Assembly: GCA_965203965.1 (NCBI GenBank)
Contig: CBDBDR010000017.1
Coordinates: 1,120,001 to 1,184,000, forward strand
DNA from: Thermodesulfobacteriota bacterium
GTDB lineage: Bacteria > Desulfobacterota_D > UBA1144 > Nemesobacterales > JAJCZQ01
DNA length: 64,000 bases
Direction: 5' to 3'
Position numbers and translations under genes: made by a program. The notes beneath the pieces are model-generated. The model had not been told where the DNA came from. It did no database searches and saw only the letters and a list, made by a program, of their open reading frames with translations. This document shows, piece by piece, positions 50,467 through 61,094 of this stretch (position 1 is its first letter; every line of letters begins with the position of its first letter).

Positions 50467-50539
50467 TTTTTTTTATTTGGTATTAAGAGAAATTTTTGGA
50501 AGTGACAGAGACAGATAGTTTTTGGTTCTGCGTTGTGGT

Positions 50540-50585
50540 ACCACTCCGTCAGGCTTTGCCTGACACCCCTTCAAAGGAAGGGAAT
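50540..50585 (-). repeat. REP-like palindromic element, copy B
   Basis: rc ATTCCCTTCCTTTGAAGGGGTGTCAGGCAAAGCCTGACGGAGTGGT, matches copy A. Confidence 0.8.
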
Positions 50586-50663
50586 TTTCTATGAACTATA
50601 TCTCAAAGTCCAGATGTTGGTGTTGCTGCTTATGATCTTGTCATAATTGCCACCAGTTGTTTC

Positions 50664-51000
50664 ACGGATTCGGAGGGATTTCCAATAAAAAGTTAGTCCT
50701 GTAACAAGTAAATTTCAGCCAATGTTTATAGGGTCATATAAAGCCCTGTTTATAATGTCTTTATAACTTGTTGTTAAAAATGCTTTAATGTGAACAGATT
50801 GTGGACAACTTGTTTCCAATAAGTTGTCAATTTTCTTAACTACCCGTAATTATTGAATAAAATAGAAATAGAAAGATAATTAGTTTTAATTGAATTATTT
50901 TTAAGTTGTGGATTATTACAAATTGTTTCACGTGAAACAGTTATTTACCAATACAGAATTTACTGAATATTTCCCCCAGAATATCTTCAGTTGTTACCTC
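50664..51000. repeat. 337-bp direct repeat, copy 2 (includes parS 50924-50939 and last 60 nt of mnmE)
   Basis: Near-identical to 48735-49071. Confidence 0.95.
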
Positions 51001-51035
51001 CAAATTTTCTATGCCTGTGCTTACTTTTTTGTATC

Positions 51036-52148
51036 TCAATTAACACCAAAACTAATAGTAAGATCGGATCCGGGGTATATGTCATTTGCATTAAAAACGT
51101 TTTTGCTTTGCAGAAGCACCTTAAAATAATTTCCCATCATTGAGGGCATAAACAGATTTTTTATTGAGTTAATATTGCCTTGTTCTTTAACGTCTCTCTC
51201 TACGATCTTCAGAATTCCCCAGTCAACAAGAAACTGTCCCTGAGTTGTGTATTTGACCTTGTTTAACCCGATCTGAATCCCGATCCGTATCAGATTCGTA
51301 AAATCAACATCGGCTGTAATATCCTGACGTCCGATGTTTTTATACGGATCTTCATTTAATGAGTGGTTTTGGAAGCACCTGAAAGTGCCGTTGATCCTTT
51401 GGTTGTTAAAATATTCTTCGGATAAATACCCGTAATCAATGGTAAGTATATAACCTGTATCCATGTATTTGGTGATGTCTTTTAGCACTTCTTCCGCTAA
51501 AAGATTCACCTCAATCTGCTTTGACTCTACCGGCTCCAAGTCATAACTGTCTAAATAATCCTTAATTTTTTCACTTGATAAAGCTCCGATAGTTTCTTTG
51601 AATTCACTGTTTTTGTGATCAACATAGATTTCATTAAATTTGCCATTGCGATAAATGACTCTGTGGAAAGGAAGTGAGTCAAATAGCTCATTTGAGATCA
51701 CTATGCCACTAAAAGAGTTTTCTAATTCACTGATATTATTGAATATTTTTATTTTATCTTCATGGTTTTGCAGCATAGTTTTGCATTTATTTCCGTTGTT
51801 TTTGTCAATGATCACATAGTTGATAGATCTATACAGTTTGGGTTTTGTCGACAGATAGTTCAGAATATCCAGTGCGAGGTAACCCTTACCTGCCCCCAGT
51901 TCCAAAATGGAGAATCTGGGTGTATCTAAAAAACCGATCGCTTTTTCTATGAACATCCCAATTACTTCTCCAAACGCCGCGCTTACGTGGGGACTTGTGT
52001 AGAAATCCCCATTTTTGCCTATTTTTACTTTTCCCGACCTATAATAGCCAAATTCAGGGTGATAGTGCGCAAGGTTCATAAAGTCCGCAAATGTGGTCGG
52101 TCCGCCGCTTAGTATTTGTTTCTTTATGAGGTGTTCAAGCTCATTCAT
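51036..52148 (-). CDS. MidA/NDUFAF7-family SAM-dependent methyltransferase
   Basis: GDFYTSP, ELGAG.G.LA, SNELFDSLP, IDYG, QDITADVDF. Confidence 0.9.
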   Translation of the reverse strand: MNELEHLIKKQILSGGPTTFADFMNLAHYHPEFGYYRSGKVKIGKNGDFYTSPHVSAAFGEVIGMFIEKAIGFLDTPRFSILELGAGKGYLALDILNYLSTKPKLYRSINYVIIDKNNGNKCKTMLQNHEDKIKIFNNISELENSFSGIVISNELFDSLPFHRVIYRNGKFNEIYVDHKNSEFKETIGALSSEKIKDYLDSYDLEPVESKQIEVNLLAEEVLKDITKYMDTGYILTIDYGYLSEEYFNNQRINGTFRCFQNHSLNEDPYKNIGRQDITADVDFTNLIRIGIQIGLNKVKYTTQGQFLVDWGILKIVERDVKEQGNINSIKNLFMPSMMGNYFKVLLQSKNVFNANDIYPGSDLTISFGVN

Positions 52149-52202
52149 CTCAATTCGGGGATTTTAAGAATAAAAAAGTGGCAATAAATGGTTGCAGTAT
52201 GA

Positions 52203-55200
52203 TCAATAAGCGAGTTTTACTTCGCCTTTGCCGATAATATCCTCAATCGTTCTTACAAATTCCTCATCGGTATTCACCTTGCAGTTGCCAACCTCAATGA
52301 CTGCCTTCTGTCCATTATTATCCAAATGAATATGGATCTTAGATTGTCCGGGATTAAGTGTAAAGGCTTTCTTTAGTCTGTTCATAACCTCTGGGTTTGC
52401 ATTTTGTCTATCCAGATTTATGTGTAGAAGGCAATTTTTGCTCCTGATATGGTTTAGGGAATAAATTTTAGAAGCCTTGATCTTGGCACGCTCCTCAGAA
52501 GGGTCAACAAACCCTTCAACAATTATTGGTTCAACTTTCTCCTCAAGAATAGCTTTTGATCTGCGTAAAATATCGTTAAATAGGATCACTTCAACAGAGC
52601 CTTTAAGATCTTCAAGCACCATATTGGCGTAGATGCCTGAGCCGTTTTTTGTTCGCTTTTCTTTAAGGGATCTCACGATACCGGCGATCGTTACCTGCTT
52701 TTTGGATTTTTGGGACGCAATAGTTTCGCTGTCGCATTTTGACGTATATATCTCAAGCTCGGAGGTGTATTTTGACATTGGGTGACTTGTAACGTAAAAG
52801 CCAAGCACTTCCATCTCGTTTGTCAGCATTGTTTTCATGTTCCATTTATCAACGTCTTGGAGAGAAGGAAGGAATATGGTTGAATCAATTTCAAAAAGTG
52901 CGTGCTGACCTTCAAGAGAACTTTGATGCTTAGCGGCATTGAAGGAGATCAGGCTTTCCAGAGAGTTGATAAGTTTTGCACGGTTCGGTTCAAGTGAATC
53001 AAACACACCGCTTTTAATAAGACTCTCAAAGGTTTTCCTGGTTAACTTTTTACTGTCCACCCTTGAACAGAAATCAAAAATGGACTCAAACGGCCCATCT
53101 TTCTCTCTGGATCCTATAATTGCGCTGACGGTGTTCCCTCCGACGTTCTTAATTGCAGAAAGTCCAAATCTGATCTTACCTTCAACGGGCGTGAATTCGG
53201 ACATACTTTCATTAACGTCAGGTGCAAGCACGTCAATGTTCATTTTTCTACACTCGGTTATACACGAAATGATCTTGTCCGTGTTTTGATGTTCATTTGT
53301 CATAAGGGAAGCCATAAACTCCGTTGGGTAATGTGCTTTTGTATAAGCCGTCTGGTATGTGATCATTGCATAAGCCGTGCTGTGACTTTTATTAAATGAA
53401 TATTCGGCAAATTTTTCCATAGTATCAAAAAGCTCGGTAGCTTTTCTTTCCGATATACCGTTATCTATGGCACCCGTTACAAACCTTTCTCTTTGTGCTT
53501 TCATTTCTTTGGGTTTCTTTTTACCCATTGCACGTCTTAGAATATCGGCTTCTCCCAGAGTGTAGCCTGCGATCTTGCTTGCAGTCTGCATTATTTGCTC
53601 TTGATAGACAAACAGCCCATAAGTGTCTTTCAATATTTCTTCCAACTTGGGATGAGGGTATTTGATTTTCTGCTTTCCATTTTTTATCTTGACAAAATCA
53701 TCAACCATTCCGCTGTCCAAAGGCCCGGGTCTGTATAGTGCCAATAAGGCTATGATGTCTTCAAAAGCACTTGGTTTCAGCCTTTTTAAGAGTTCTTTCA
53801 TTCCCTTTGATTCAATCTGAAAGATCCCTCGCGTGTTGTCGGATACAAGCAACTTATAAACCTTTTTATCGTCAAGAGGGATTTTTTTTATGTCTATTTT
53901 CTCGTCAGGGTCAGATAAAGGTTCATTAACGTATTTCAGGACTTTATCTATTACCGTGAGTGTTTTTAAGCCGAGAAAATCAAATTTCACGTATCCGAGT
54001 TTTTCAATGCAGTCCATATCAAACTGGGTAACGATCTCATTCTTGCTGCCCTTGTATAAAGGTATATAGTCTGAAATTGGCTCATTTGACACAACTATTC
54101 CCGCTGCGTGAGTGGAGGCGTGGCGAACCATGTTCTCAAGCGGCTTTGCGAGCTTCATAAGCTCCTTTAGTTGTTCAGATTTGCCAATCATATCTTTGAA
54201 TTGGGAAACTTTTTTGAGTGATTCGGAAAGACTCGCGACCTTACCCCTAAAAGAAGGGATCAATTTTGAAAGCCTGTCTGCATCCGCATAAGGGACGTCA
54301 AGCACCCTGCTGACGTCTTTGATCACTGCTTTTGACGACATGGTTCCGAACGTTCCTATTTGTGCCACCTTATCCCTTCCATATTTCTCGCTAACGTATT
54401 CAATAACCTTTTCTCTTCCTTCAGTGCAGAAATCAATATCAATATCTGGCATATTGACCCTCTCGGGGTTTAGGAATCTCTCAAATATCAGATTGTAGGG
54501 TATTGGATCAATGTCCGTTATACCAAGAACGTATGCAACAAGGCTTCCTGCTGCACTTCCTCTTCCGGGACCGACGGGTATTGACATTGATTTTGCATAA
54601 TTTATAAAATCGGCAACAATAAGAAAATAAGCAGTAAATCCCATCTGGCATATCGTGTCAACTTCAGAGTCAAGCCGTTCCCTGTATGTTTTAACCTGAT
54701 CGGATGGTATTGATTCTGTTTCTTCTATAAGTTCATTCAGTTTTTCACTTGCCAGTGCTTTTATGTGTTCATCAAGGGTCATACCTTTAGGAGGTTTGAA
54801 TTCAGGGAATTTGTAACCTTCCGTTTTGAACTCAAAATTACATCTGTTGGCTACTTCTACTGTTCTATCAAGTGCGTCTTGATAATTTTGTAGCGTCTCC
54901 TCCATTTGCTGCCTTGATTTTAAGAAAAACTGATCATTGGCGAACCTCATCCTCTTTGAGTCGCTTAGTTTTGCACCCGTCTGAATGCAGAGAAGTGCAT
55001 CATGGGGCATTGCATCTTCCTGCTTGAGGAAATGACAGTCATTTGTTGCTATTAAGGGAATTCCGAGTTTGTCACTTATTTTTTTTAGTTCACTGTTTAT
55101 AAAATTCTGCTCCCTCATTCCCGTTGCCTGTATCTCAAGGTAGTAACGGTCTGAAAATATCTCATGGTATTTTGAGGCAATTACGGCTGCCTCTGTCCTG

Positions 55201-55649
55201 TCTTTTTTGAATAAAGCAGAGGCAATTTCACTGCTCATACAGCCGCTGAGAACTATTAGACCCTCTTTATGGGTGTCCAATAGCTCATGATCAACTCTGG
55301 GACGTCTGTAAAACCCTTCAAAATAGCCTTTTGTTACAAGTTGGGAAAGATTTTTATAACCGATCTCGTTCATACACAGCAAGGTCAGATGAAAATTCTT
55401 ACCATCGGACGGTTTTTCTAGTTTTAACGTCGGGGTTACGTAAATTTCACAACCTATGATCGGCTTAATGCCGGATATTTTTGCTTTTTCATAAAATTCA
55501 TAAGCTCCAAAAAGGTTGCCATGATCGGTAATGGCAACGGCGTCCATGCCGAACTCCTTAGCCCTGTTCACAAGGTCATCGGGCTTAATTGCACCGTCCA
55601 GAAGGGAATACTGGCTATGAAGGTGAAGATGAACAAAACTGTTGCTCAT
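52203..55649 (-). CDS. dnaE: DNA polymerase III alpha subunit
   Basis: PHP motif HLHSQYSLLDG, GRGSAAGS, MPDIDIDF, KFDFLGL, FNKSH. Confidence 0.98.
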   Translation of the reverse strand: MSNSFVHLHLHSQYSLLDGAIKPDDLVNRAKEFGMDAVAITDHGNLFGAYEFYEKAKISGIKPIIGCEIYVTPTLKLEKPSDGKNFHLTLLCMNEIGYKNLSQLVTKGYFEGFYRRPRVDHELLDTHKEGLIVLSGCMSSEIASALFKKDRTEAAVIASKYHEIFSDRYYLEIQATGMREQNFINSELKKISDKLGIPLIATNDCHFLKQEDAMPHDALLCIQTGAKLSDSKRMRFANDQFFLKSRQQMEETLQNYQDALDRTVEVANRCNFEFKTEGYKFPEFKPPKGMTLDEHIKALASEKLNELIEETESIPSDQVKTYRERLDSEVDTICQMGFTAYFLIVADFINYAKSMSIPVGPGRGSAAGSLVAYVLGITDIDPIPYNLIFERFLNPERVNMPDIDIDFCTEGREKVIEYVSEKYGRDKVAQIGTFGTMSSKAVIKDVSRVLDVPYADADRLSKLIPSFRGKVASLSESLKKVSQFKDMIGKSEQLKELMKLAKPLENMVRHASTHAAGIVVSNEPISDYIPLYKGSKNEIVTQFDMDCIEKLGYVKFDFLGLKTLTVIDKVLKYVNEPLSDPDEKIDIKKIPLDDKKVYKLLVSDNTRGIFQIESKGMKELLKRLKPSAFEDIIALLALYRPGPLDSGMVDDFVKIKNGKQKIKYPHPKLEEILKDTYGLFVYQEQIMQTASKIAGYTLGEADILRRAMGKKKPKEMKAQRERFVTGAIDNGISERKATELFDTMEKFAEYSFNKSHSTAYAMITYQTAYTKAHYPTEFMASLMTNEHQNTDKIISCITECRKMNIDVLAPDVNESMSEFTPVEGKIRFGLSAIKNVGGNTVSAIIGSREKDGPFESIFDFCSRVDSKKLTRKTFESLIKSGVFDSLEPNRAKLINSLESLISFNAAKHQSSLEGQHALFEIDSTIFLPSLQDVDKWNMKTMLTNEMEVLGFYVTSHPMSKYTSELEIYTSKCDSETIASQKSKKQVTIAGIVRSLKEKRTKNGSGIYANMVLEDLKGSVEVILFNDILRRSKAILEEKVEPIIVEGFVDPSEERAKIKASKIYSLNHIRSKNCLLHINLDRQNANPEVMNRLKKAFTLNPGQSKIHIHLDNNGQKAVIEVGNCKVNTDEEFVRTIEDIIGKGEVKLAY

Positions 55650-55733
55650 GTTGAAACTTTATTATATCCGAATAAAATATCAGAATAAATTTATTATCTG
55701 TTAAGATAGTTAAGTTATTGTGCGAGATCAGGT

Positions 55734-56066
55734 ATGAAATGCCCAGAATGTAAAGTAAAAATAGGATTTATAGAAAGTCTTACGATTTTAAATCCATTCA
55801 ATTTTAAGTGCCAAAAATGCAATAGTTCTCTTTCCATAAGCAGATCATCCACTAAAGCATACTTGTTATTGTTTTGCATTATACCAATACTTTCCTTTAC
55901 AGGCTCTCGCTTTCTTACTGCAGAAGGCATTTTGACGAGTGATCTCTTGAAAGTGGTCGTGCCCGTAATACTTCTAATGGTGGTTGGCATACACTACTTG
56001 TTCTGGAACCGTGCGGATGCAAAGTTAAAAAAGGAGGATAAGTCGCCAGACTTCACTAATTGTTGA
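55734..56066 (+). CDS. Hypothetical protein, N-terminal CxxC...CxxC and two TM helices
   Basis: MKCPEC...CQKC plus hydrophobic segments. Confidence 0.65.
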   Translation: MKCPECKVKIGFIESLTILNPFNFKCQKCNSSLSISRSSTKAYLLLFCIIPILSFTGSRFLTAEGILTSDLLKVVVPVILLMVVGIHYLFWNRADAKLKKEDKSPDFTNC

Positions 56067-56230
56067 GAGACCACCACGTATATTAAATAAATTATCAAGA
56101 GCATGTGGCAAAATCTCCATGCAAGAGTGACGATATTCCTGATATCCGAAAGTTACCCACAGGATGGGCAGAGAGGGGGTGTTGGAGTCCTTCAGCCATG
56201 TTCAGGGGAACGTCAGGGTTTCTTTTATAA

Positions 56231-56297
56231 CAGATTAAATGGCAGTTAAACGCCAGTTAAATACCAGTTAAATGCCATTTAAGGCATCATTAAACAC
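56231..56297. repeat. 11-bp tandem repeat (CAGTTAAAyrC units)
   Basis: CAGTTAAACGC CAGTTAAATAC CAGTTAAATGC with degenerate flanking units. Confidence 0.75.
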
Positions 56298-56379
56298 CGT
56301 TTCAGGCTTCACCTGTCAACCCCCTCCAGAGGAGGGGAATTACCCTGCCCCGGGACTAACCCGTCAAGGAAGGGGAATT
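56294..56379 (-). repeat. Degenerate REP-like elements
   Basis: CAGGCTTCACCTG..CCCCTCCAGAGGAGGGGAATT and a second ..GGAAGGGGAATT end. Confidence 0.6.
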
Positions 56380-56445
56380 GGGAACAGTTTACAGTCTGTG
56401 CGTTGTTTCTTTGGAAATGGACGGCTTTTGATTTAAAATAGATAA

Positions 56446-57978
56446 ATGGCACAGACAGACCCCTCTAGTTTAGAAAACCAGCTTTTCAAAGCCGCGGACA
56501 AACTGCGTAACAACATAGACGCGGCGGAATACAAGCATATTTCGCTTGGTTTGTTATTTCTTAAATACATATCTGACTCTTTTGAAGCCAGACACGAAGA
56601 ATTGGAAAATCTGAAAGAGACCGAGGGCGCCGACCCCGAAGATCCCGATGAATACCGTTCGGAGAATGTGTTTTGGGTTCCAAAAAATGCAAGATGGGAA
56701 ACCCTTCAATCTCAGGCAAGACAGCCAACTATTGGAGAAATTTTGGACGAGGCAATGGGAGCAATAGAAAGGGAAAACACAACCCTTAAAGGAATTCTGC
56801 CCAAAGTCTTTGCAAGGCCCAACATCTCTTCTTCAACCCTTGGTGAGTTGATTGATCTATTCAGCGATATTGCTCTCGGAGATGAATCCGCCAAATCAAA
56901 AGACGTTCTCGGTAAGGTATATGAATACTTTCTCGGACAGTTTGCCCTTGCCGAAGGCAAAAAAGGCGGACAGTTCTATACTCCCGCATCCATAGTAAAC
57001 CTGCTTGTGGAAATGATAGAGCCGTATAAAGGCAGGGTTTTTGACCCGTGCTGCGGAAGTGGAGGAATGTTTGTTTCAAGCGAGAAATTTATAAAAGAGC
57101 ATCAGGGGAAAATAAACGACATTTCAATCTACGGACAGGAAAGCAATCAGACCACCTACCGACTTTGCCGAATGAACCTCGCCATTCGCAACATAGACGG
57201 CTCACAGGTGAAGTGGAATAATGAGGGATCATTTCTACATGATACGCACCCTGACCTGAAAGCGGATTTTATCCTTGCAAATCCGCCGTTCAACGACAGC
57301 GACTGGAGCGGTAAACAACTGCAAAGCGATGCCCGATGGAAATACGGCGTGCCACCCGTGGGTAACGCCAACTTTGCGTGGGTTCAGCACTTCATACACC
57401 ACCTTTCACCAAAAGGCGTTGCAGGGTTTGTATTATCAAAAGGCTCTCTCACTTCCAAGTCGTCAAATGAGGATGTCATCCGCAAAAACATAATTGAGGC
57501 GGGAATTGTTGACTGCATTGTAAATCTGCCAACCAAATTGTTTTTGAATACGCAAATTCCGGCGTGTCTATGGTTCATCTCCAACAAACGGCACGGCTAT
57601 AACGGTGACCGCAACCGTAGTGGTGATATTTTGTTTATAGATACAAATGAACTCGGGCATTTGATCAATCGCAGAACAAGGGAGTTCTCCGATGAAGATA
57701 TAGGCAAGGTTGCAGATACTTACCATGAATGGAGAAAAGAAGGCGGGAAGTATGAGGACGTTCCGGGGTTTTGTGCTTCGGTGGATGTGCAGAGGGTAAA
57801 AGAGTTGGACTATGTTTTGAGTCCGGGGCGTTACGTGGGGCTTGCGGAAATTGAGGATGATTTTGATTTTGGAACACGATTTGCGGAGTTAAAAGCGGAG
57901 TTTGAGGGACAGATCAAGGAAGAAGTGGAATTAAATAAGCGGATTTTGAAGAATTTGAGCAATATCAAGTATGAGTAA
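56446..57978 (+). CDS. hsdM: Type I R-M methyltransferase subunit
   Basis: [28 protein letters not shown]. Confidence 0.95.
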   Translation: MAQTDPSSLENQLFKAADKLRNNIDAAEYKHISLGLLFLKYISDSFEARHEELENLKETEGADPEDPDEYRSENVFWVPKNARWETLQSQARQPTIGEILDEAMGAIERENTTLKGILPKVFARPNISSSTLGELIDLFSDIALGDESAKSKDVLGKVYEYFLGQFALAEGKKGGQFYTPASIVNLLVEMIEPYKGRVFDPCCGSGGMFVSSEKFIKEHQGKINDISIYGQESNQTTYRLCRMNLAIRNIDGSQVKWNNEGSFLHDTHPDLKADFILANPPFNDSDWSGKQLQSDARWKYGVPPVGNANFAWVQHFIHHLSPKGVAGFVLSKGSLTSKSSNEDVIRKNIIEAGIVDCIVNLPTKLFLNTQIPACLWFISNKRHGYNGDRNRSGDILFIDTNELGHLINRRTREFSDEDIGKVADTYHEWRKEGGKYEDVPGFCASVDVQRVKELDYVLSPGRYVGLAEIEDDFDFGTRFAELKAEFEGQIKEEVELNKRILKNLSNIKYE

Positions 57979-59107
57979 CACAAAGATAAAACAAGAAGGC
58001 TGGCGGGAGGTGAAGTTGAGGGAGGTGGCGATATTTCAACGAGGACATGATTTGCCTAAATCAAAGATGAAAATTGGCAATATTCCCGTTGCTGGTTCAA
58101 ATGGTGTTATCGGTTATCACAATACTGCAACAACGAAAGCACCCGGAGTAACAATTGGAAGAAGTGGAAATATTGGATTAGCAAAATTTTACGAAAATGA
58201 TTTTTGGGCACACAATACTACTTTGTATATTAAAGACTTTTTAGGGAATGATGAGAGATTTATTTTTTATATGCTTAGCAATTTGAAACTATATGGATTC
58301 AATTCAGGAAGTGCTGTGCCAACGTTAAATAGAAATTACATACACGAATTAAATATTACCTGCCCCCCACTCCCCGAACAAAAAGCCATTGCCGAAGTGC
58401 TGTCATCGCTGGACGATAAAATAGACCTGCTCCACCGCCAAAACAAAACGCTTGAAGATATGGCACAGACGCTGTTCAGGCACTGGTTTGTGGAAAATTC
58501 CCCTCCAAAGGGGATGGGGAGTAGTGGGAAGGAGAGAGAATTATCCTATTTTGGTGACATTATTTGTGGCAAGACCCCATCAAAAAGAGTTCATAAGTAT
58601 TTCGGGGGTAATTTCCCATTTATTAAAATTCCAGATATGCACGGCAATAACTTTGTATTTGATACACTAGATACTTTGACAGAAGAGGGAAAAAATTCTC
58701 AAATTAATAAAACACTACCTCCGAAATCAATTTGTGTCAGTTGCATTGCAACAGTAGGATTAGTTTCTATGAATGCTTTTGAAAGCCAAACAAATCAGCA
58801 AATTAACTCCATTATTCCTAAAAAAGAAGAATATAGATATTTTATTTATCTCTTTATGAAGTCGTCCAAAAATTTATTAGAGTCAATGGCAAGTGGTGGA
58901 ACGGCAACTATGAATTTAAATACCGCTAATTTTTCTAAAATTTCAGTTTTAATGCCAGAAGAAGAATCATTACTTAGTTTTCATAATGTCATTAAGCATT
59001 TATTTGATAAAATATTTTACAACCATATCCAGATTAGAACCCTTGAAAATCTACGAGATACTTTATTGCCAAAATTGATGAGGGGAGATTGTAGAATACA
59101 TAACTAG
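57971..59107 (+). CDS. hsdS: Type I R-M specificity subunit
   Basis: Two TRDs; [30 protein letters not shown]. Confidence 0.93.
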   Translation: MSNTKIKQEGWREVKLREVAIFQRGHDLPKSKMKIGNIPVAGSNGVIGYHNTATTKAPGVTIGRSGNIGLAKFYENDFWAHNTTLYIKDFLGNDERFIFYMLSNLKLYGFNSGSAVPTLNRNYIHELNITCPPLPEQKAIAEVLSSLDDKIDLLHRQNKTLEDMAQTLFRHWFVENSPPKGMGSSGKERELSYFGDIICGKTPSKRVHKYFGGNFPFIKIPDMHGNNFVFDTLDTLTEEGKNSQINKTLPPKSICVSCIATVGLVSMNAFESQTNQQINSIIPKKEEYRYFIYLFMKSSKNLLESMASGGTATMNLNTANFSKISVLMPEEESLLSFHNVIKHLFDKIFYNHIQIRTLENLRDTLLPKLMRGDCRIHN

Positions 59108-59115
59108 GAGGAGAA

Positions 59116-61068
59116 ATGACCAATCAAATAGAGAACAATGAAAGGCGTGAATATAGAGTAGGTGTTTCTGGTCAATTAATTAAGCATCTTGGCTTACAAA
59201 TGTACTCTGGTGCAGTTCCTGCAATTGTAGAACTTATCTCAAATTCGTACGACGCAATGGCAAAAAACGTGTGGATCACAATTCCAGTAGAACGCCCAAT
59301 AAAAACAAATGATCAAATTGTCGTCAAAGACGATGGTCATGGTATGACTTATGAAGAATGTAACAATTTTTATTTGCAAGTTGGCAGAGATAGGCGAAAG
59401 GGAAACTTCAATAAGACTAAACCTTACAATGGTCTTAACCCAAGGAAAATTCAGGGAAGAAAAGGTATAGGGAAGCTCGCCGGGTTTGGTATTGCAGATC
59501 AATTAAGTATATACACCGTTAGGGATGAAGAGATTTCTTGCTTCGTAATGGAATTTAGCAAGCTGACTGAAAGTGAACAATTTGCAAACCTTGAGGGATA
59601 TTCACCTACGCCACTGCCGGAAGATGGGCAAAGGACAACGAGCAAACCCTGTACAATCGTAACTTTGGATCAACTAAAAATCACGCGCAAAATTGAAGAA
59701 GAAACCTTTAAACGAAGTATTGCCAGACGATTGCTTGTTTTGGATGAAAGTTTCAACATTTATATAAATGGAAATAAATTATCACGTGATGAAATACCAT
59801 TTCAATTTAGATTCCCCAACGAAACCGGTTCATGGGAAACCGATAAGTTAGAGAATGGGGAGGAAATTCAATGGTGGGCCGGATTTTCTAAAAAAACAAT
59901 ACCAGAAGAGGAGCAGCGTGGGTTAGTTGTCTACGTACGCGGCAAGTTGGCTCAAACGCCATGGTTTTTTGACCTAAGTGGTGGCATTTGGGGGCAGCAT
60001 GGATTGCAATACCTCACCGGAGAAATAAAAGCAGATTTTCTTGATGATGAAGTTGATCTTATTGCTACTGACAGGGGTGGTGTTCAATGGGAAAATTCAA
60101 AAGCAATACCCTTGAAAAAATGGGGACAAGATAAAATTAAAGAATTGTTAAACGAATGGGTGGTGAAAAGAGTTGAGAAAAAACAGAAATCTCCCACAGT
60201 AATAAAGTATAAGGAACTAGCAGAAAAACTACCTAAGAAAGAACGAGATATATTCCACAAGGTTGTTAATCGCATCTGTTCTATACCTCAAATCGACAAA
60301 GATGAGGAAGGCACTGAAATTGCAGACATGCTGGTAGAGGTTGCTTATGACGCTCTGATTAACCGCAATTTCCTCGAAATAATACGACACCTAAAAACTC
60401 TTTCATCAGAAGACCATAGAAAAATATCTGACACTCTTGCTGATTGGGACATTATAGAAGCCATAAATACTGCACAATTAGTAAAGGGGCGGCTAGAAAT
60501 CATTAACAAATTTCAACAAATGATTGACGAAAATTATAGAGAAAAGCCGGACATGCAAGATTATCTACGTGAACATCCTTGGCTTATTGACCCAAAGTGG
60601 ACAACGCTTGCACACGAACAATCATTGGATAATGTTCTCCATGATAAATTTGAACTACCAAAATCAGGAACTGAAGATGGATCTAGACGACCTGATTTTG
60701 TCTGTTTGGGTGACGGTACTAGCGTTTATGTTGTGGAAGTAAAAAGACCCGGCAAAACTATAACGGAAGGTGAATTGCACAGGCTTGTTAAATATGTTTA
60801 TTTTCTTCGAGAGTATACTGGTCTTGAAAATCAAGTAAAAGGCTTGTTAATCGCTGATAAAACTGATTCACATAAACGGTTTATAAAGAGTTATGAAAAT
60901 GATTTTCAGGCTAAATCATGGAAGGTTCTGTTGAGTACGGCATACAGGCTACACGAAAAATTTTTTAATGTAGTAAAAGGGAGAGCTCCCGCGGGTGATC
61001 CCAGAATAGAAAACCTGTCAGAACTTGATTCCCAAGACAACTTTCTAATTTCTAAATTCAAACGGTAA
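59116..61068 (+). CDS. GHKL (MORC/Hsp90-like) ATPase fused to C-terminal PD-(D/E)xK nuclease
   Basis: ELISNSYDA, DDGHGM, GRKGIGKLA; C-terminal RPDF...VVEVKRP. Confidence 0.85.
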   Translation: MTNQIENNERREYRVGVSGQLIKHLGLQMYSGAVPAIVELISNSYDAMAKNVWITIPVERPIKTNDQIVVKDDGHGMTYEECNNFYLQVGRDRRKGNFNKTKPYNGLNPRKIQGRKGIGKLAGFGIADQLSIYTVRDEEISCFVMEFSKLTESEQFANLEGYSPTPLPEDGQRTTSKPCTIVTLDQLKITRKIEEETFKRSIARRLLVLDESFNIYINGNKLSRDEIPFQFRFPNETGSWETDKLENGEEIQWWAGFSKKTIPEEEQRGLVVYVRGKLAQTPWFFDLSGGIWGQHGLQYLTGEIKADFLDDEVDLIATDRGGVQWENSKAIPLKKWGQDKIKELLNEWVVKRVEKKQKSPTVIKYKELAEKLPKKERDIFHKVVNRICSIPQIDKDEEGTEIADMLVEVAYDALINRNFLEIIRHLKTLSSEDHRKISDTLADWDIIEAINTAQLVKGRLEIINKFQQMIDENYREKPDMQDYLREHPWLIDPKWTTLAHEQSLDNVLHDKFELPKSGTEDGSRRPDFVCLGDGTSVYVVEVKRPGKTITEGELHRLVKYVYFLREYTGLENQVKGLLIADKTDSHKRFIKSYENDFQAKSWKVLLSTAYRLHEKFFNVVKGRAPAGDPRIENLSELDSQDNFLISKFKR

Positions 61069-61094
61069 AACTCAAAAGAGGAAAAACAACAAAG

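Noticed and set aside
50908..51129. 73-aa + strand ORF
   Set aside because: Built from the parS/mnmE duplicate and the antisense of the methyltransferase; the LFHVKQ peptide is just translated parS
56067..56230. Relatively GC-rich intergenic stretch before the defence island
   Set aside because: No convincing ORF, tRNA, att site or stable structure recognised by eye
56231..56297. Possible CRISPR array
   Set aside because: 11-bp contiguous units, no spacers, no cas genes
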